64,000 bases of DNA from Histomonas meleagridis 2922-C6/04-290x (lineage: Eukaryota > Protista > Parabasalia), in contig JAANOX010000014.1 in assembly GCA_020184695.1 (NCBI GenBank), forward strand, positions 124,001 through 188,000, given 5' to 3'. Position 1 is the stretch's first letter, and each line of letters opens with the position of its first letter. The position numbers and the translations under genes are program-made. The notes below the pieces were generated by a model. The model did no database searches. It saw only the letters and a program-made list of their open reading frames with translations, and was not told where the DNA came from. Positions 57,816 to 64,000 of the stretch are shown here, piece by piece.

Positions 57816-58289
57816 TTAAATTTCTTGATCATGTTCCCACTCATCAAGCTCTTCTACCTGTTTATTCACCCATTTGGCAATTGATTTTGCACTTGGGAAC
57901 CCTTCATATGATGACGACCATTTCTTATTTCCTGATTTATAAAATTTCACTGAAGGAAATGTTGTAATCCCTTGCTCTTCTATTATTTCGGGTATTTGCC
58001 AATTTTCAGCAACAACAAGATTAAGTTTAGATTTATCAATCATTCCAAGAACCTGCTCCATAACTGCTGACATTTGAGCTCCAGAAGCATCTTTTTCAAT
58101 AAACGCAACAAGTGCATGTGGTCCTCTTCCGATATAATGACCCCATTTTTTAGATGTTGGATGCCAAACTTTTCCAAATTCAGGTGCTGTTTCAACAGGT
58201 TCATCATCTGAAGTTTCTTTTTGTATTTCTTTTAATTTCTTTCTTCTTGCGGCTACATATGTCATAAAAAGAACAAAGAATATCTTCAT
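57816..58289 (-). CDS. Secreted thioredoxin-fold protein lacking CxxC
   Basis: Signal-peptide-like MKIFFVLFMTYVAA, then GITTFPSVKFYKSG and YEGFPSAKSIAKWVN PDI-like C-terminus. Confidence 0.65.
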   Translation of the reverse strand: MKIFFVLFMTYVAARRKKLKEIQKETSDDEPVETAPEFGKVWHPTSKKWGHYIGRGPHALVAFIEKDASGAQMSAVMEQVLGMIDKSKLNLVVAENWQIPEIIEEQGITTFPSVKFYKSGNKKWSSSYEGFPSAKSIAKWVNKQVEELDEWEHDQEI

Positions 58290-58545
58290 TTTAATACACT
58301 TTTTGAATAAATAAACCGTTAATTTGAAGCATAAACCGTTTAAAATTTTTCTTGATCTTCCAAAAAGAAGATCTCCTTCAAAAGCAAATTTCTCCTTTAC
58401 AGCTTCAACCAATGTTTACTTAATGCTTTTTTTGCAAGGTATCTTTCATTGAAGTCACCAAAATCAATTTTTTACTATTGATCATGTTTGTCTTATTGTT
58501 TGAATATAGTCATACAATATTTTGTAAACCCTCATAAAAATTCTC

Positions 58546-61500
58546 ATGCATTTGATTTTGTCACTTTTATTTCAATTTTTCTTTTCTTTCGGTTGTTTTG
58601 AACCGTTTATGACAGTTGAGACAATGGACCACCAGCAAAATTCTTATCAAGAACAAAGTAAAGAAAATGCCCAAACCAATAAATCCAGGCAGAGTCCATA
58701 TTCCAACCACTTGTTTGCTTCAAAACCACTTCAATCCAAGATTGATCAAATTATTTCCAACACCTTATCAGAAATCGATGAAATTAGTGGGAAAAATTCG
58801 CAAAAAAATCAAAAAATTTCTTTAGGCTCTTTTCTTGAAAATTATTTTCAATTTGGAAATAATCAAAAAATTATCAAAAAAGAAAAAGAAGCTCCAGAAT
58901 CCCCACCAACTCCTGCACAAACCATCATTGGAGAAACAGATGAAACAGATAAACATATATTTAATGAGCAAGCAAAAATATTTGTATCAAATGTCCAACT
59001 TCCAACAGGCCCTGATCCATCTCAACTTGTTTTCCTTCCGCCAGAAAGACATTTAGTTCCGCCTAAACTCTGGGGAAAAATTATCCATGAAAATACGTTA
59101 TCAGAATCTGAGGAACCAGTTCCTCTTTCTGTCCCAACCAAACGACGTCGAGGCCGCCCGCGTAAAAATGTAGATCCCAATGAGTATGTTCCCAAATATG
59201 TTTCTCCCAGCAAATCTCGAAGAATTAGCAGAGAATCCAGTGAATCTCACATATCTCGTTCCTTATCCCCACGCGAATCCATTTCTCACGAACCCGTCCA
59301 ACAATCTACAGAATCACCAGACGTTTCCAAAAGCAATGATTTTAATACAGATAATACATCAGACCATAATACCTCTGAAAACACTACAGAACCAGTGACA
59401 CCGACCAAAGTCTATGAAGAACCCGAAATCCGTGCTCCTCGTCCACCACATGTTAATTTTCCGCCAAGCGATATCGATGAGATTGTTGGGCTTAAAGGCC
59501 TTGAATACTGCGTCAAACTTAAAGGGCACTCATATTCTGACATAGTCATGATGAATCGTGAAGAAATTTTTAATCATGAAAATGGCGAAGAAATTTTTTC
59601 TTGTTTTAAAGAACTTGGAATTAGCACCAAAGAACCGTTTTTTAATCCTCTTTTTGTTGAGATCGAGCGAGTTCTTGACATCAAAGAAGATCAATGCTTA
59701 GTTAAATGGTGTGGCCTTGGGTATAAACATTGTACTTGGACTCACGTAAACAAAGTACAGCCCGAGTTAATCGAAAGATATCAACAATTACTGAATCGAG
59801 AAAATGAAGTTGTCGATCAAAACAATGACATTGATATCATGAGTCAATTTTCATTAGATGAGCCACAAAACAAAGCTGTCGAAGCATTATTAGATAAATA
59901 TAATAGTGGACAAAACGCAATGTTATATGGAAACATTGGCTCTATTTTAAGACTTGAATTCGCGACTTTAATATATATATTAAAAGAAAAAAAAGGAATA
60001 AATGGTCCTTTTTTAATAGTGGTGGCACCTGTCTTATATCAACTAGTAATAAATGAAATGGCAGTATATACCGAATTAATAGTGGTCGGGATACCTGATG
60101 ATGATGAAGAAGAATTTGAAAAAATTAAAGAATTTACTTTTATAAATGAAGAAAACAAACCGAAGTTTAACGTTCTCGTCGTATCGGCACCGGTTTTTAA
60201 ACGGTTCGTTGCGGAGTACCCCAAAATTGATTATCAAATTATTACTGTTGATTATTCTGAAATATATGGAGAAAGAATAAACTTAACTGATATTAATTCT
60301 CATATGAAAATAATCATTAAGAAGCGCACAGATGAAGACGAAGAAATTGATTCGCAAGATGATTCAACATTTTTACATGATGAATTAACAGTTTTTTGTC
60401 CAATGTTAATCCCACAAGAGAAGTTATATAAGTCGATAATCTTAGAAAACATTGATTTAGCCACGCAACCTGCAGAAAGTGTTGACATGTCACGTCTCTA
60501 TGAAATCTTTATGAAGCTTAATGCAGTTGCAAATTTTCCATCTGTGTTAAACTCGCAAGACATCTTAATACGTGGGAACAAATCGCAAATCAACAAGAAG
60601 CGATTTGAAGACTGTGGTAAGATGCGAGTTTTAACACAATTAATAACATATGCGCAAAACACTAAGAAGCGATTAATGGTTTTATGTCGCGACACGACAA
60701 TTCTCGACATCATCGAGTTATATTTAGGCGCATTCGAGATTCCATTTGTACGTATTGGCCCATTAGGTGTTAAACGAATGAAACTCGACGATTTTTCACA
60801 AGAAGCTAAAAGCAACAAAAAGATAATAATATTAGCGCAATTCGAAACAAATCCAATTAATTGGTTATCGTTATTGTTGGATTTGATTGTTGTCTTCGAT
60901 GGAGTATATAATCCAATGTATTACTTCTCACATGCGCAACGGAAACCTAAAAAAAGGGTTTGTTTATTCATCCGATTACTTTCGGCAAATACGCACGAAA
61001 GTTATTTAGCAGCTGCAGCGGAACATTTTCAAGATTTGCCGCTGTTCGATATATTCCGTAATGCTGCGATTAATATCTTTCGTCCGATTCGTGAAGTAGT
61101 CGAAAATCAAGTGAAATATTTGAAGAATGAAAAGTTCGATAAAGAATTCGGAGAAATTGGAATTCGTTTCCAATATTTATTCGATGAAGATGGGCCGAAA
61201 GTACAAAATAATGAAAATGTGAAAAAGGAAAAAATCGACGAAAAAGTACATCATCATGAAAGATATCATTTGAAGAGAAGATATCGAATATTACCTGGAG
61301 AAGTAATAGAAAAGCCTTTACATGGAAGAATTAACATACATAGACATAAGCATTACCATCGAAGAAAAGAAAACGTTTTCGTTTTCGATGAATTTCCAAA
61401 TATTTTACAATTTAATGAATTCGATTTATGTCATATTTGGGATTTGAATGAATTGGATGAGTTATTATCATTTGCTTGCAAAATTACCTTCGGGAAATGG

Positions 61501-62007
61501 GACGTCATCTCAAATGCGTTAAATAACAAAACTTCTCCTTTATGCGTGAAAGAAACAATTTTTCGTTTGTTGATTTCAATGGTCAATGTAATCTCCTCAA
61601 AAAGTTATCCACTTGTGTGTAAAGTCCTGAAAAGTTACGAGTTTCAATTGCCAAATGAAAATTTCAATAATGTCATTGAATTTATTCAATCGAAATCGGA
61701 AAAATATTTAAAATCAGAAGTTGGAGGAATCCAAAAAATGATTTGTAATTCAATTATATATAATAAATTCGAGGGCTGTGGAATGAAATTAAATAAGCCT
61801 TATGAATGGTGGACAGATTCGGATGATAAAATGATGATCGAATCTGTATACTCAAATGGTTATTCAACTTTTAACTTAGAAAATGGACAATATACAGTAA
61901 GGGATGTTAAAATGGACGGAAGATTGATAGCGTTAAGATATAAAGTTGTGATAAAGAGCGAAATAGAAAAATTAAATAAAATTGTTGAAGAAGAAGAAAA
62001 ATTATAA
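58546..62007 (+). CDS. CHD-like chromatin protein: AT-hook, tandem chromodomains, degenerate SNF2 ATPase, SANT/SLIDE-like end
   Basis: RRRGRPRK; FVEIERVLD...LVKWCGLGYKHCTW; INGPFLIVV; RLMVLCRDTTILDIIELYL; WWTDSDDKMMIESVYSNGY. Confidence 0.75.
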   Translation: MHLILSLLFQFFFSFGCFEPFMTVETMDHQQNSYQEQSKENAQTNKSRQSPYSNHLFASKPLQSKIDQIISNTLSEIDEISGKNSQKNQKISLGSFLENYFQFGNNQKIIKKEKEAPESPPTPAQTIIGETDETDKHIFNEQAKIFVSNVQLPTGPDPSQLVFLPPERHLVPPKLWGKIIHENTLSESEEPVPLSVPTKRRRGRPRKNVDPNEYVPKYVSPSKSRRISRESSESHISRSLSPRESISHEPVQQSTESPDVSKSNDFNTDNTSDHNTSENTTEPVTPTKVYEEPEIRAPRPPHVNFPPSDIDEIVGLKGLEYCVKLKGHSYSDIVMMNREEIFNHENGEEIFSCFKELGISTKEPFFNPLFVEIERVLDIKEDQCLVKWCGLGYKHCTWTHVNKVQPELIERYQQLLNRENEVVDQNNDIDIMSQFSLDEPQNKAVEALLDKYNSGQNAMLYGNIGSILRLEFATLIYILKEKKGINGPFLIVVAPVLYQLVINEMAVYTELIVVGIPDDDEEEFEKIKEFTFINEENKPKFNVLVVSAPVFKRFVAEYPKIDYQIITVDYSEIYGERINLTDINSHMKIIIKKRTDEDEEIDSQDDSTFLHDELTVFCPMLIPQEKLYKSIILENIDLATQPAESVDMSRLYEIFMKLNAVANFPSVLNSQDILIRGNKSQINKKRFEDCGKMRVLTQLITYAQNTKKRLMVLCRDTTILDIIELYLGAFEIPFVRIGPLGVKRMKLDDFSQEAKSNKKIIILAQFETNPINWLSLLLDLIVVFDGVYNPMYYFSHAQRKPKKRVCLFIRLLSANTHESYLAAAAEHFQDLPLFDIFRNAAINIFRPIREVVENQVKYLKNEKFDKEFGEIGIRFQYLFDEDGPKVQNNENVKKEKIDEKVHHHERYHLKRRYRILPGEVIEKPLHGRINIHRHKHYHRRKENVFVFDEFPNILQFNEFDLCHIWDLNELDELLSFACKITFGKWDVISNALNNKTSPLCVKETIFRLLISMVNVISSKSYPLVCKVLKSYEFQLPNENFNNVIEFIQSKSEKYLKSEVGGIQKMICNSIIYNKFEGCGMKLNKPYEWWTDSDDKMMIESVYSNGYSTFNLENGQYTVRDVKMDGRLIALRYKVVIKSEIEKLNKIVEEEEKL

Positions 62008-62258
62008 AAAATAAAATAAAATAATAACAGAAATAAAATAGAAATGTGAAAAAAGAAAAATAAATATTATTTATTGACAGATTTAAATAATAAATCATGA
62101 TATAAATTTGTATTTGGCTTTTTGTTTCTTACGTTTGATTAATAAAGAAATTCAACAAATCGAAATTAAATATTAAATTCAGAATAACGAAAAAATAATG
62201 TTTCACAATTTAGTAATAAAAAAAGTCGAGTTTTATTATATTTATTAAAAACAAACTA

Positions 62259-63431
62259 TCAAATCAACTTTGCGCAGATGCAAGTGAAGAATAGCATAAC
62301 CAAAATGATAATTCCAATAAATGAAAATATTGCCAAAAATAAGAAATTCAACGATTCAAAATCACTCTGCACTAATTTATGTGTCTCAAATAATGGCAAA
62401 AATTCATCTAGAATGTTTTGATATTTCGATTTTATATCTAAATTCTTTTTGCAATTTTCAATTATAACATTTGGGGTGCCCTGAAGATTTGTCACTTTTC
62501 TAACCGCTTTATCGGCGGTTTCATCAAATCTGCAAAACTTTACAGACGCGCTTAAGTTCCCATTAAATGAGATTGCTGGGACTATTGTTTGATTGTTATC
62601 TCTGTTACTAAAAAATCTACACGAGAGAACATTTGTTAAAGAGTTTTTACCAGTTACTGTAATTAAACCTAATTCTTTTTTAAAATTATCACAATTGTTA
62701 TTAAAAAATTCTGAATTCCGTACTTTGAAATTACTATCTACAGCATAAATGCTTTTGCCTTTTTCAGCTCTGTTTCCAATAAAACCACAGTCATAAATAT
62801 CCATTGAAGAATCAATAGCTCGAATTGTAGATATCGATTCTATGGCCCAATTAAACGCAAAAATGCATTTCTGTATTGTCATTACCGAATTAGAAGATTC
62901 GATTGCGCCAATATTCAAAGCTGCATTTCCAGAAAAATTGGTGTTAAGAATAATAAAATTGGAATACAATGCTCTAATAGCGCCAGATTTAGAAGATGTA
63001 CAGCTTTGAAATGTTGAATTTGTAATTTTGAATGTACAATTAAAACAATTGATCGCACCACCAGGAAGTGATGCTGTTATATCACTAAAAACGCAGTTTT
63101 CTATCTTTATTTTTGAATCATTAACTTCAAGTTTTTTCTTTCTAAATTGATTTACAATTACATTTGTGCTAAAATGTTCAAAATTGGATGAAATTAATTG
63201 AAGATTTATATTTCCACCATATAACAAAGGTGAGCTTGAGTATTTGATATTAAGATTTTTGAGTTTTAGTGAAGAAACCAGAAAATTTGGAAGGGATAAA
63301 ATTAATGGTGAATTTTGATAAAGAAAAGAATAAGGTTTATGAAATTCAAAAGATGTGTTTGTAAATCTTGTTAAAGATAACAATCTTTGAAAATCCAAAG
63401 ACACTGAAACATATAAAAGACAACAAAACAT
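62259..63431 (-). CDS. Pmp-like right-handed beta-helix surface protein with C-terminal TM helix
   Basis: Repeated GGAI/GAI and FxxN motifs, N-terminal signal-like segment, C-terminal TM. Confidence 0.8.
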   Translation of the reverse strand: MFCCLLYVSVSLDFQRLLSLTRFTNTSFEFHKPYSFLYQNSPLILSLPNFLVSSLKLKNLNIKYSSSPLLYGGNINLQLISSNFEHFSTNVIVNQFRKKKLEVNDSKIKIENCVFSDITASLPGGAINCFNCTFKITNSTFQSCTSSKSGAIRALYSNFIILNTNFSGNAALNIGAIESSNSVMTIQKCIFAFNWAIESISTIRAIDSSMDIYDCGFIGNRAEKGKSIYAVDSNFKVRNSEFFNNNCDNFKKELGLITVTGKNSLTNVLSCRFFSNRDNNQTIVPAISFNGNLSASVKFCRFDETADKAVRKVTNLQGTPNVIIENCKKNLDIKSKYQNILDEFLPLFETHKLVQSDFESLNFLFLAIFSFIGIIILVMLFFTCICAKLI

Positions 63432-63511
63432 GAAATTGTGGCATAAATTATTGAACGGAAATTAACGACATAAATATTTTCTTTTAAAATAAAAATGATC
63501 ATAAAAATAAA

Positions 63512-64000
63512 ATGAAGCCAAATACAACTTACCAAGTTGCGACATCTAACTCTTTAATGATGGGAAATTTCGACAGAATGTCAAGCCTTGCTAACCTTCC
63601 AAAAGAATGTAATTTTGGTCTTGGATGCTTCGAAAATCTTGATGGTGAAATGATCCTCATTGATGGTAAATACTATCAATTAAAAGCTGACGGAATTGCA
63701 TATATACCAGCTGGTGATGCAGGCACTCCATTTGCTACTATTTCTAATTTCCAATCAACAAAAGAATTCACCATCTCAAAACAAATGAGTTTTGAAGAAT
63801 TCATTACATTTATGAATAGTGAAATTCCTGATGAAAATGTTCCCCTTCTTATTCGTTTTGATGGTGAATTTGATTTTGTTCACTATCGCTCAGTCCCAGC
63901 TCAAAAGAGACCATTCCCAACACTTGCATCTGTTGCTAAATCCCAACCCGAGTTCAAAAAGGAGCATATGAAGGGATCTCTTATTGGATTCCGATTCCCT
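63512..64000 (+). CDS. Alpha-acetolactate decarboxylase (AlsD/BudA family), partial; runs off the window
   Basis: YQVATSNSLMMGNFD, FGLGCFENLDGEMILIDG, TPFA, HYRSVPAQKRPFPTL and QPEF...GSLIGFRFP; absent from the ORF track because there is no stop in the window. Confidence 0.88.
   Translation, partial: MKPNTTYQVATSNSLMMGNFDRMSSLANLPKECNFGLGCFENLDGEMILIDGKYYQLKADGIAYIPAGDAGTPFATISNFQSTKEFTISKQMSFEEFITFMNSEIPDENVPLLIRFDGEFDFVHYRSVPAQKRPFPTLASVAKSQPEFKKEHMKGSLIGFRFP

Overview
AT-rich, nearly intron-free eukaryotic DNA, most consistent with a parabasalid/trichomonad. The evidence is DUF3447-type ankyrin genes, BspA/Pmp-like surface proteins, Inr, AAAGTGAC and AACGGTT promoter motifs, and a standard genetic code. 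Ordinary content: RPB5, RPS8, GNA1, a Ras-family GTPase, a TKL kinase, a TBC-TLDc protein, a DENN protein, SDF2-like, TMEM222-like, a CHD-like gene, tRNA-Gln(CTG), a TIR transposon relic and a bacterial-type acetolactate decarboxylase. Main finding: several ankyrin-repeat genes that look like broken pseudogenes are interrupted by discrete 17-nt AT-rich inserts (consensus about RWTT-N9-WTTT, no GT-AG). These sit only in the beta-hairpin (K|D|x|x|G|x) and are usually separated by single codons, giving a 20-nt period. Deleting every 17-mer by hand restores textbook ankyrin hairpins (e.g. KD|N|D|G|NTAL). It gives stop-free full-length ORFs for 28166-31587 (52 inserts) and 38729-41377 (36 inserts), and repairs an unrelated ankyrin gene at 27104-27794. 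It also explains every unit length (170/153/150/173/113 nt) in the 38-repeat array at 1-6250. This points to a system, undescribed as far as I know, of ultra-short non-canonical introns or bypassed segments with 3-nt micro-exons. The removal mechanism cannot be determined from DNA alone.
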